IMG/VR virus record: IMGVR_UViG_3300037991_005720
Coordinates: 1 to 25,838 of that record
Length of the DNA stretch: 25,838 nt
Source of the DNA: a virus
Lineage: Duplodnaviria > Caudoviricetes
Strand: one strand, 5' to 3'
In this document: positions 6,141 through 14,012 of the stretch, one piece after another
Layout: each line of letters starts with the position of its first letter
Numbering within the stretch: position 1 is the stretch's first letter
Position numbers and translations under genes: made by a program
Notes under the pieces: model-generated
The model's database searches: none
What the model saw: the letters and a program-made list of their open reading frames with translations, nothing else
Told to the model about the DNA's origin: nothing

Positions 6141-6441
6141 TAGGAGCCACGAGGATCGTCCAGAGTTCTTTCCCTTAGATCAGACAGACATTTACAGCCC
6201 AATTACCTGCAGGCTCTTCTCGATCATTCTCGAGCTGTTTAAGGGAGGGGGCTTCGAATTCCGCCATAGGGGGGCTTTGCTGAGCTAACAATAAGCGAAC
6301 GCACAAATTTTTAGAGACAAAAGAAACAGACGGGCAACAATTTTGAAACCTTTTTATTAGGTTTGAAACAAGGTTTGAAAGGCTCGATCCACGAGAGGCT
6401 CCCAAACTGAAAAAAATTTCGCCAATCTGCTAACGCAGATT
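6141..6441. other. Non-coding repeat-rich region; candidate genome terminus, packaging site or origin
   Basis: G-runs (6243-6274), TTTGAAA three times (6342, 6362, 6374) including AGGTTTGAAA twice, imperfect flanking inverted repeats (6143-6158 vs 6385-6402), and hairpin AATCTGC/GCAGATT (6424-6441). Confidence 0.35.
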
Positions 6442-6483
6442 TAGAGAGTTGCCAAAAGAGAAAACAGTTATAATGTTTGTGGC

Positions 6484-6801
6484 ATGGAGCCTGAGAAGTC
6501 CATTATCAAAGAATTTTTAAACGGAGGTTGGCTCGTTCCCCTGATTGGGGCTGCTGCTATGTTTGCCAGATTACTATCAGGACAGAATGAGCTTTCTGCC
6601 AAGCAACAACTGAAAAGAATAGTTACAGCGGTTTTAGCTTCGGGGGTAGCATGGTTTGTTTTGGAGCAAACCGATGTTTCCTCTTTCACAAAAGCTCTGA
6701 CATACGGAATAATTGGAGTTGTTAGCCCAGAGGTTATAGGAGGTTTAGTGAGGTTGGGGCAAAAGTTTGAAAAAAACCCAGAAAAATTCATAAAAAAATG
6801 A
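6484..6801 (+). CDS. Putative holin
   Basis: 105 aa with about three hydrophobic segments and a basic C-terminal tail. It is the first gene of a cassette ending in an endolysin, with TATAAT at 6469-6474 upstream. Confidence 0.65.
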   Translation: MEPEKSIIKEFLNGGWLVPLIGAAAMFARLLSGQNELSAKQQLKRIVTAVLASGVAWFVLEQTDVSSFTKALTYGIIGVVSPEVIGGLVRLGQKFEKNPEKFIKK

Positions 6802-7403
6802 CACCACGACTAATTGTTTACTGTTTAGCTGCCATAACTTTGGCATTTGGAATAAAAGGCTTTTTGTTACACGATGATATCAAGAACACGTTGAAAGACA
6901 ACGCCAGACAACAGGAGGCTGCCACAATGGAGATTGGAATGTGCTTCGATTGGTACGGAGTGATCATTGTGGACTCGGTTGTGAAAACGGCAACGGGATT
7001 AATTACGCCAGAGATGATGATTGAAACTCTGGAAGAAGAAAGGGAAAACAAAAATGAGTATTTGAGGTTGTATAAACCAACAATCACCGAGGCAGAAAAA
7101 GAGAATGCAGAGTTTGTTTTCAGACAGGACAAAAAAATCAAGTTTTTGGTAGATAGACTCATAGAATTGGCAAAGAAAAACAATGTAGAGGGGATAGCAG
7201 AACTGATTCCGCCAATGTATGACCTGACAGACCCAACCATAGAGGCGATAAACGAGTTGATTGACGAAAAAATGTACTACAATGAAAGAAATGGAGAAAA
7301 GCTAAACAAAAAAGTCGACTCATTTTCAGAGTTTTTAGGGCTTCTTTTAGTTTTAAGTATCGTTTTGTGCGTATGCGTTTCTTTTACAAGAGTCTGCCCC
7401 TAG
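6798..7403 (+). CDS. Membrane protein: TM - chemoreceptor-type four-helix-bundle sensor domain (4HB_MCP-like) - TM, no cytoplasmic domain
   Basis: Hydrophobic helices at residues ~5-24 and ~179-197. YGVIIVD, Y..TITEAE and MYDLTDPTIEAINELID resemble conserved segments of MCP four-helix-bundle ligand-binding domains. ATGA overlap with the holin stop. Confidence 0.62.
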   Translation: MTPRLIVYCLAAITLAFGIKGFLLHDDIKNTLKDNARQQEAATMEIGMCFDWYGVIIVDSVVKTATGLITPEMMIETLEEERENKNEYLRLYKPTITEAEKENAEFVFRQDKKIKFLVDRLIELAKKNNVEGIAELIPPMYDLTDPTIEAINELIDEKMYYNERNGEKLNKKVDSFSEFLGLLLVLSIVLCVCVSFTRVCP

Positions 7404-7436
7404 TTGATTTAGGAAAAAAAGGAGCGATCTTTAGAA

Positions 7437-8078
7437 ATGAAGTTTGAAGGTAGAGACAAGATAGTAAAAGCGATTCAACGCAAGCTAGGAATAGTTGCAG
7501 ACGGGGTCGATGGACCTATTACTTGGAGAACAATACTTTCAGCGGTCACGGAAGCGAAGCCAACACTAAAGGATGCAGAGTTTTCGGGGGTAGCAAAACG
7601 CATGGTCGGATACGCAAGGGATGAAATAGGAGTTTCGGAAATAGATGGTAGCAATTGTGGACCCAGAGTCAACGAGTACAAAGCTGCGACTTGGCTGGAT
7701 GCAGAAAAACCTTGGCCGTGGTGCGCTGCTTTCATTTGCTGGCTAATACAAGAAGCAATCAAAGAAGAAAAGGTGACTTTCAAAAGACCTAGAACGGCTG
7801 GCGCATGGGATTTCGAAAACTGGGCAAGAAAAGAGCAAGAAAAAGGAGTCGGAATTGAGTTAATCAAGCCAATCGCAAACGAAGAAAAAATTAAGGCTGG
7901 GGATATAGTTGTTTTCAGATTTTCACACATAGGGCTAGCTGTTGGAGAGCCAAATCAAAGTGGCTATGTTGCAACCATAGAAGGAAACACAAATGGTGCT
8001 GGTAGCAGAGAAGGTGGATCTGTTTTGGAAAAAAGCAGACACATGAACAGCATCAGAAGCGTGATTAGAATATTGTAG
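7437..8078 (+). CDS. Endolysin: N-terminal peptidoglycan-binding motif plus CHAP domain
   Basis: IQRKLGIVADGVDGPITW (PG-binding), then PWCAAF, GDIVVF..SHIGL and TIEGNT (CHAP catalytic Cys/His). Confidence 0.88.
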   Translation: MKFEGRDKIVKAIQRKLGIVADGVDGPITWRTILSAVTEAKPTLKDAEFSGVAKRMVGYARDEIGVSEIDGSNCGPRVNEYKAATWLDAEKPWPWCAAFICWLIQEAIKEEKVTFKRPRTAGAWDFENWARKEQEKGVGIELIKPIANEEKIKAGDIVVFRFSHIGLAVGEPNQSGYVATIEGNTNGAGSREGGSVLEKSRHMNSIRSVIRIL

Positions 8079-8080
8079 AG

Positions 8081-8410
8081 ATGTACGAATACAATGCAAA
8101 GTGCTTGAGAGTGATAGACGGAGACACTATCGAAGCCAGAATAGACCTCGGGTTCTACGTGTGGGTAGAAAGAACACTGCGCCTCAGAGGAGTGAACACA
8201 CCAGAGATCAGAACAAAAGATTTAAGCGAAAAGCGCAGGGGGCAAGCTGCAAAAAAAAGAGTAGAGGATCTTATGGCAGAGAATAATTACGAGTTCAAAC
8301 TCATAAGCCACAACGTAGGGAAATACGGAAGAGTAGTCAGCGATATTATACTTCCGCAAGGTGATCTGGGAGATATTTTGATAATGGAGGACATGGGGGA
8401 GGCATATTAG
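8081..8410 (+). CDS. Thermonuclease (SNase-like) family protein
   Basis: VIDGDTI...DLGF, RLRGVNTPE and GKYGR motifs. Confidence 0.9.
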   Translation: MYEYNAKCLRVIDGDTIEARIDLGFYVWVERTLRLRGVNTPEIRTKDLSEKRRGQAAKKRVEDLMAENNYEFKLISHNVGKYGRVVSDIILPQGDLGDILIMEDMGEAY

Positions 8411-8470
8411 CACCCTAAAAGACTGTATATGTAGAGTTTTAAAAAAAGTAAAGAAAACTTAAATATTAAC

Positions 8471-8499
8471 TTTACTTGTTGCCCATCTAAAGCAATAAT
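8471..8499 (+). promoter_or_regulatory. Putative sigma70 promoter with TGTTGCCC operator-like motif in the spacer
   Basis: TTTACT-17 nt-AATAAT after an A-rich tract. The spacer begins TGTTGCCCAT. Confidence 0.55.
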
Positions 8500-8507
8500 T
8501 AGGTATT

Positions 8508-8864
8508 ATGCAAACAAAAATCAACAGAAAACAAACCCTCCAACTATGGAATGAGCTAGAAAGCCCAAAGCCAAGTTGGGAAGAATTCAAGCACATGCTT
8601 TTTGCCAACAATAACGACCCAATCAAGGTCATCATGAAGTGGAGGTCAAAGCATAAAGCTCAATGGAAAAATAGAAGTTTAGTTACTGAGGTAATCACAG
8701 TTACAGCAGATGAAACTTGGTTAGTAACAGTAAACGGAATACCTATCGAGGAGGACATTTGCCAAGGCAACTGCGCAGAGCGCATGATGGTTGAGCAGGA
8801 AATGGATCCCCATGCAAAAGTTGACATTATTTCAACAGGCAACGGAGAAAGTTTTACCAACTAA
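8508..8864 (+). CDS. Hypothetical protein
   Basis: 118-aa co-oriented ORF directly after a promoter. Confidence 0.7.
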   Translation: MQTKINRKQTLQLWNELESPKPSWEEFKHMLFANNNDPIKVIMKWRSKHKAQWKNRSLVTEVITVTADETWLVTVNGIPIEEDICQGNCAERMMVEQEMDPHAKVDIISTGNGESFTN

Positions 8865-8886
8865 CAAAACGAAACGAAAAAATAAC

Positions 8887-9354
8887 ATGAACATATTCAT
8901 ACTACACGAAAACCCACAGATTGCTGCAACTCACTCATGTGACAAGCACGTAGTCAAAATGATACTAGAGTCAGCGCAAATGTTATGCGCTGCTTTCCCA
9001 AACGGAACAGCTCCATACAAACGTGCTTTCTACAACCACCCTTGCACAATATGGTCAAGGTCTTCACAAGCCAACTATCAATGGCTGCTCGACCATGCCT
9101 ACGCTCTCCACGCAGAGTACGTAGAAAGGTTCGACAAAATACACAGATGCCTGCCAGTAATCGACTGGTGCGACGCACACAAGGCTGACTTGCAACTGCC
9201 CAACATCGGTTTGACAGAGTTCGCACAAGCAATGCCAGATGAGTACAAGGACAAATCAGCAGTAAAGGCATACAGAAATTACTACCTTGGCGAGAAATCC
9301 AAATTCGCTGCATGGAAGACAGGAAAAACACCACACTGGTACAGTTTAGCCTAA
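8887..9354 (+). CDS. Pyrimidine-dimer DNA glycosylase (T4 endonuclease V/DenV-like) family protein
   Basis: Start reassigned to MNIFIL at 8887. Motifs DKHVVKMILESAQML, YK....NHPCTIW, EY..RF.K.H, F.QAMPDEYK and AYRNYY. Confidence 0.8.
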   Translation: MNIFILHENPQIAATHSCDKHVVKMILESAQMLCAAFPNGTAPYKRAFYNHPCTIWSRSSQANYQWLLDHAYALHAEYVERFDKIHRCLPVIDWCDAHKADLQLPNIGLTEFAQAMPDEYKDKSAVKAYRNYYLGEKSKFAAWKTGKTPHWYSLA

Positions 9355-9394
9355 AACCCCTATAAAAACAGTATAAAAAAAGTTCATTATTTGT

Positions 9395-9422
9395 TTGCTA
9401 TGTTGCCCGTATATAGTAAAAT
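9395..9422 (+). promoter_or_regulatory. Putative sigma70 promoter with TGTTGCCCGTATA operator-like motif in the spacer
   Basis: TTGCTA-16 nt-TAAAAT. The spacer holds the exact reverse complement of the 13-mer at 5456-5468. Confidence 0.6.
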
Positions 9423-9452
9423 AAATCAACATTTAATTCAACCACTAAAAAA

Positions 9453-9992
9453 ATGACAGACGAACTAAGAGAATTCACAGGAGCCAACGCTAGCCAAATC
9501 GCTGACCAGATCGAAGATCGCAAGCAGAGAGAAATCGACGCATGGGAGAGAGAGATGGAAGCGCAGTCAGAGCAAGAACTCAGCAGTGCAGAAGTTACTG
9601 CCGAGTTGGCTGCTGAAGCAAATCCTACCCCTGTAGTTTGGGGTAAGCAAAAAACAGTCGCAAAAATGATCGACACTTTGACTTACAAAAACTACAAGCA
9701 CAACAGGGACATCAGCCCTCACTTGAAGCCAAAGCAGTTTTACTGCGTGTACGGCAAGGATCAAGTTGACCAGATGGAGCAGATCTACCAGATGGGAAAA
9801 ATAACATGGGACAGTATCACTGACGTAGAAGTCGAAGACATCAAAGGTTATGACGCTCCAGATTTCGTTGACGCTTACGTAAGCAGATGCTTGGTACACG
9901 GAGAAGAAGCAACTGACGAACAGTTGGATATAATCAACGACAGCGACCTCAGAGGTGAGATAGTAAACGACTACGTGTTCGGAGGTTGGTAA
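9453..9992 (+). CDS. Hypothetical acidic phage protein
   Basis: 179-aa ORF after a promoter, with an acidic C-terminal D.PDFVDAYV segment. Confidence 0.75.
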   Translation: MTDELREFTGANASQIADQIEDRKQREIDAWEREMEAQSEQELSSAEVTAELAAEANPTPVVWGKQKTVAKMIDTLTYKNYKHNRDISPHLKPKQFYCVYGKDQVDQMEQIYQMGKITWDSITDVEVEDIKGYDAPDFVDAYVSRCLVHGEEATDEQLDIINDSDLRGEIVNDYVFGGW

Positions 9993-10210
9993 TGAGAATC
10001 GTCAGAGAGTTTTTTCCAAACAAGATGCCACTTTTGGTGCAGGGGTCAGTCATCGATGAAGAAGTCGGTGTTGACCCTGACACCATTACAATTTACCCAC
10101 TTAATTTAGAGGAAGGCATAATAATGGAATCCTGCTTTGACTTCAACCCCAAGCAAAGACAAGTGCTTTGCATTAGATTAAATTATTACTTAGGAGAATC
10201 AAAAAAATGA
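9992..10210 (+). CDS. Hypothetical protein
   Basis: TAATG overlap with the previous stop favours the ATG at 9992. The end is coupled to the next gene by ATGA. Confidence 0.65.
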   Translation: MRIVREFFPNKMPLLVQGSVIDEEVGVDPDTITIYPLNLEEGIIMESCFDFNPKQRQVLCIRLNYYLGESKK

Positions 10211-10398
10211 AAATATACATAACACAAAGCGAACTAGACATGCTCGGAGTAGACTCAAGAGTTAGATGGTCACGAAATGGAGTTGTTACCAAAGGAATCG
10301 TTTACGATACCTGTTTTGAGAATGACGAAGTTGAACTGTTAACTCCACATGGCAAAGTTTGGGTAAGCCTTAACGATATACTAGCAGTTTACTCATAA
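10207..10398 (+). CDS. Hypothetical protein (small, beta-rich)
   Basis: ATGA overlap upstream and abuts the next gene. Confidence 0.65.
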   Translation: MKIYITQSELDMLGVDSRVRWSRNGVVTKGIVYDTCFENDEVELLTPHGKVWVSLNDILAVYS

Positions 10399-10399
10399 A

Positions 10400-11107
10400 A
10401 TGGATTTACCTCACTTATCAGCATCAAGTCTTAAAACTTGGGGTACTTGCAAGCTACAGTTTTACGCTGACAAGGTTCTGCAAGTACCCAGACAAGAACC
10501 TCACGAGCTTACAAAAATGGGCAGTGCCGTTCATTATGCTTTTGAGCGTTCTGAGAATAAAGACGCAATTAGCAAGATACCAGAAACCTGCGAAGAGCTT
10601 GAACTAACCGAAGAGTTATCAGAATTAGCCACAACACTGACTCAAACTTGTGAAGATTGGGGTTGGTGGGAAGGAATCGATGAGCTTGACCATTGCATAT
10701 CAGAACAAGAGTTCCTGATTGACATTGGAGAAGGTGTAAAGCTAAAAGGATTCATCGACAGATTGGACATCAAAGGCAATCAAGCAACAATACTGGACAT
10801 CAAAACGCAGTCAAAAAAGTTCACTGAAGAAGAGTTAAGGAAAAATTTACAAGCAGACATTTACAATCTCGCTGCCAGAAAGTTGTTCCCACAGATACAA
10901 GGAGTCATAAGTGTCGAGTTCTGGGTATTACGTCACGAAATACAATCAGTAAACAGGACTGAAAAAGACGCTGAAGAGACAGCCAACCGACTCAGGGAAC
11001 AGGGTGCCAAAATGTTAGCATGGGACTCTGACAAGCATCCTGACGCCAGTGCAGGTAACCACTGCAAATGGTGCAACTATTTAGATCAATGCCCAGAATG
11101 GAACTAA
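10400..11107 (+). CDS. PD-(D/E)XK nuclease, RecB/Cas4-like exonuclease
   Basis: HLSASS..TW..C, GSAVH, EQEF, GFIDRLD, ILDIKT, QADIY and C-terminal CKWCNYLDQC (Fe-S ligand pattern). Confidence 0.9.
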   Translation: MDLPHLSASSLKTWGTCKLQFYADKVLQVPRQEPHELTKMGSAVHYAFERSENKDAISKIPETCEELELTEELSELATTLTQTCEDWGWWEGIDELDHCISEQEFLIDIGEGVKLKGFIDRLDIKGNQATILDIKTQSKKFTEEELRKNLQADIYNLAARKLFPQIQGVISVEFWVLRHEIQSVNRTEKDAEETANRLREQGAKMLAWDSDKHPDASAGNHCKWCNYLDQCPEWN

Positions 11108-11120
11108 CAAAACAAAACGA

Positions 11121-12356
11121 ATGAACACAATACTAGAAAAAAAAGCCTTTGAGCAAAAAGAAATAGATATCATGCTGCCAAACGCTAACGGAAACCTAAG
11201 TGAATCTGCTAGCTCTATAAGCAAATACCTCAAATCCAATATACCAAACTTTATATACGAAGATTACATCAGGAAAAAATTTCAATTCCCAAGAACCCAC
11301 TACGACCCAAGGTTATATTCAATAACAGAGCTTATGCTAGCATTGCATAGCGGTGACTCTTTCGAGAGTCCAGATGGAAATGTAGATGTTACAACGAAAA
11401 AAATCACCCAACATGAACTGAGGTCTTTTCCAGATCATAGCAAGGTTACACTGGACGAAGATTTCAACTCTCACATAGTAAGAGACGCTCACCAACAACT
11501 CAGCAGTTTGAACTATCCAACTTATTTTCTAGACGAACAAACACTACAAATGCTGCTAAGATCAAAGTTAGCAGACAACATCAAACTAGAAGACATAACA
11601 TTTGCATTGCCATCAATGGTCATAAGCCTGCCAAAAAACACAATACAAACTCAAGGTCAAAACCTATGCAGCATTTCAATCACTAAGACCTACGAATGGC
11701 GTCATAATTTATCAGGCAGATATGAACTAATACCAAGCGTAAACAAAACATTACGAGAAAGAAAAAAACCATGGAGCGAGTTGAAAAAAACAGCTTACAA
11801 AGAAACCCTAAGAGATGAAGCCAAGGGAGAAATATGCCCTGCTTTGAGCATCGTGGGAATACTAGACGGGTTAGAATGCGTAACCATAAAATACCCCATC
11901 GACGGCAAAACCATTGCAGAAAGCATGACAGATAGCAAAAACTGTTTTCATGCTGACAATGAAACTATGAGGAGAATAGTCACTGGACAAGAAATAGACG
12001 AAGAGAAGCTAGAATCCGAAAGTTTGCAAGTGGAAGATGTCGCATTGCTTGGAATTAAGATACTGCTTTTTATGTCCGCCAAAAAAAACGAGTACCAAGA
12101 AAAGCAAAACAAAGTAAAAGAAGCCAAATACAGAAGAGGCAAGCTGTTGAAGGAGGCAGTTTGGGGAGCAAATTTTATAGGCAAGAACTACGGGAAAGAG
12201 CTAACAGAAAAAGGATACGGAAAGAAAGAAAGACAAGGAAGAAAACAAAGATACCACTGGAGACAAGGTCACTTCAGAGGACAATGGTACGGGAAAAATA
12301 GATCAAAATACAAATCAGTGGTAATTGACCCATACCCTGTCGGATTAGAGGATTAA
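11121..12356 (+). CDS. Hypothetical phage protein
   Basis: 411-aa ORF with a basic C-terminal HWRQGHFRGQWYG...IDPYPVG segment. Confidence 0.8.
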   Translation: MNTILEKKAFEQKEIDIMLPNANGNLSESASSISKYLKSNIPNFIYEDYIRKKFQFPRTHYDPRLYSITELMLALHSGDSFESPDGNVDVTTKKITQHELRSFPDHSKVTLDEDFNSHIVRDAHQQLSSLNYPTYFLDEQTLQMLLRSKLADNIKLEDITFALPSMVISLPKNTIQTQGQNLCSISITKTYEWRHNLSGRYELIPSVNKTLRERKKPWSELKKTAYKETLRDEAKGEICPALSIVGILDGLECVTIKYPIDGKTIAESMTDSKNCFHADNETMRRIVTGQEIDEEKLESESLQVEDVALLGIKILLFMSAKKNEYQEKQNKVKEAKYRRGKLLKEAVWGANFIGKNYGKELTEKGYGKKERQGRKQRYHWRQGHFRGQWYGKNRSKYKSVVIDPYPVGLED

Positions 12357-12399
12357 GTAATTTACTTATACAAAAACCGAGCAACAGTTAGCAAACGAA

Positions 12400-12807
12400 A
12401 TGAAACAAAAAGACGCAAGATACAAGATCACAAGCAAACAAATACAGGAAATAAAACAGCTAAGATCAACAGGACTCTCATATGCAAAAATAGCTGAAGC
12501 GATAGGCAACATCACTTGGGCTACAGCTTACTACTGGGCAAACGATGCGCAGAGAAAAAAAGCACGACAAAAAAACGCTCAACGAAGGCACACTGAAACG
12601 GAAAACAAAACTCGTATTAAACGAGACATGAAGACAAGAGAGAAGCGATGGGAAGAAAACCCCAACAGCAAACTTGCACATGAGATACGTTCAGCATTAA
12701 GTGACAAGCGATCAAGACGCAAAACAGTGAGAGGCATACCAATCGAAGAAGCCAAAAGGCTACTAGAAAGCGGAAAACTTAACACACCAAACAAGAAACT
12801 AGACTAA
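12400..12807 (+). CDS. Helix-turn-helix DNA-binding protein
   Basis: IKQLRSTGLSYAKIAEAIGNITWATAYYW HTH pattern in a very basic protein. Confidence 0.7.
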   Translation: MKQKDARYKITSKQIQEIKQLRSTGLSYAKIAEAIGNITWATAYYWANDAQRKKARQKNAQRRHTETENKTRIKRDMKTREKRWEENPNSKLAHEIRSALSDKRSRRKTVRGIPIEEAKRLLESGKLNTPNKKLD

Positions 12808-13397
12808 TGCAATACGAACAAAAAGACATCAGTGTAGATGATTTAATAGAAGCAGACTACAACCCTAGGCAAATATCACCAAATGACTTTGAATCACTCA
12901 AAGACAGTATATCAAAATTCGGAATGGCGGAGCCTTTAGTAGTAAACGGCAACGCAGAAAGACAAGGAATAGTAATCGGAGGTCATCAAAGATTACGAGC
13001 TTGCAAAGCTCTCGGCATGAAAAACGTGCCATGTTTTGTTGTTTCTTTGACAAAAGAAGAAGAAATGGAGCTAAACGTGAGGCTGAACAGAAACCAAGGC
13101 GAGTTTGATTACGATGCTTTAGCCAACATTTTCGACGCAGGTGACCTGATAGATTGGGGCATGACTGCAAGAGAGTTGGATATGGAGTTCGATCTACCAG
13201 ATGATGGTGAGCCAGAGCCAACAAAACAAAAAAAAGAAAAAGAATACAATTACAAACTATCATTCAACAACGAGTCAGAACTTGATGAATGGTATGAATT
13301 TTTGGCGGAACTGAAGTTGTCGACTGATGACGAAAAACTGCCAACAATAACCCAAAAAATACTAAAATACATAAAAGACAACCCAATACAAATATGA
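12807..13397 (+). CDS. ParB/Srx-like N-terminal domain protein
   Basis: DL...YNPRQI, LKDSISKFG..EPLVVN, IGGHQRLRA and LNVRLN...GEFD motifs. Confidence 0.85.
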   Translation: MQYEQKDISVDDLIEADYNPRQISPNDFESLKDSISKFGMAEPLVVNGNAERQGIVIGGHQRLRACKALGMKNVPCFVVSLTKEEEMELNVRLNRNQGEFDYDALANIFDAGDLIDWGMTARELDMEFDLPDDGEPEPTKQKKEKEYNYKLSFNNESELDEWYEFLAELKLSTDDEKLPTITQKILKYIKDNPIQI

Positions 13398-13714
13398 ACG
13401 AACTAACGATACGAGGCAAAGTCCTATTCGTCGACGAAGTAAAAGAATACGGACAAAACAACTTCAGAAAGCATGAAGTCGTTATCAAAACAGGAAATGA
13501 CAAATGGCCTAATCCAATATCAGTAGAATTTACAAAAGATGACATAAAACAAAGCAGTGCTATGTACGAGGGTCAAGAAGTCGAGATTCAATGCAGGTTG
13601 AATGGTAGAGAGTGGCAAGCGAAAGACGGCACAAAAAAATACTTTACATCCGTTCAAGGAACAGAGATAAATTTCATAGACCCGATTGCTGAAACGGGTG
13701 ATGGACCTTGGTAA
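13394..13714 (+). CDS. DUF3127-like OB-fold protein (probable ssDNA-binding)
   Basis: I.GKV, F.K.EVVI, PNPISVEF, L.GREW...DG..KYFTS and an acidic tail ending DGPW. Confidence 0.75.
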   Translation: MNELTIRGKVLFVDEVKEYGQNNFRKHEVVIKTGNDKWPNPISVEFTKDDIKQSSAMYEGQEVEIQCRLNGREWQAKDGTKKYFTSVQGTEINFIDPIAETGDGPW

Positions 13715-13732
13715 AAAATTCTACAGCAAGTC

Positions 13733-13780
13733 AGATAAGTGGGGGTGGGTTTTTTTGGAGGTTCCTGCCCTCACTTATCT
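13733..13780 (+). other. Long intergenic hairpin (regulatory or terminator-like)
   Basis: AGATAAGTGGGGGTGGG pairs with CCTGCCCTCACTTATCT (~17 bp including G-U). No downstream U-tract. Confidence 0.6.
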
Positions 13781-13808
13781 AGCAAATAAAACTAAAAAAC
13801 GAAACGAA

Positions 13809-14012
13809 ATGCCAGAAATAATACCAGAATTCAGAGGAAGGTCACGACTTCCAGAGGAGCAAAAGAAAAAACGTGTAACGTTCCGACTTTCACCAGAAGC
13901 AATAGCAAGACTCGAGAGTCACGTACAGTTGATGAGCTTGGGAGGTAATAAGATGACCAAGGCTCAGGCACTAGAAAACGCAATCAACAAGTTACCAGTA
14001 TGCGAATCTTAG
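13809..14012 (+). CDS. Ribbon-helix-helix/CopG-like DNA-binding protein
   Basis: Start reassigned to the ATG at 13809, after the hairpin and AAACGAAACGAA. Sequence GRSRLP...KKRVTFRLSPEAIARL...TKAQALENAI. Confidence 0.6.
   Translation: MPEIIPEFRGRSRLPEEQKKKRVTFRLSPEAIARLESHVQLMSLGGNKMTKAQALENAINKLPVCES

Noticed and set aside
6341-6380. GTTTGAAA(C) repeats resembling CRISPR repeat ends
   Set aside because: The units are only 7-10 bp, spaced 12-20 nt apart, with no repeat-spacer periodicity.
8791-8886. N-terminal extension of the DenV-like ORF given in the track
   Set aside because: It overlaps the upstream gene and has a TTG start. The family motif begins at MNIF (8887).
10400-11107. Cas4-like nuclease as evidence of a CRISPR-Cas system
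   Set aside because: No cas1, cas2, effector genes or array are present. Solo PD-(D/E)XK nucleases are common in phages.
13686-13808. N-terminal extension of the second RHH ORF given in the track
   Set aside because: It starts at TTG inside the previous gene and runs through the long hairpin. The ATG at 13809 has the recurring AAACGAA leader.
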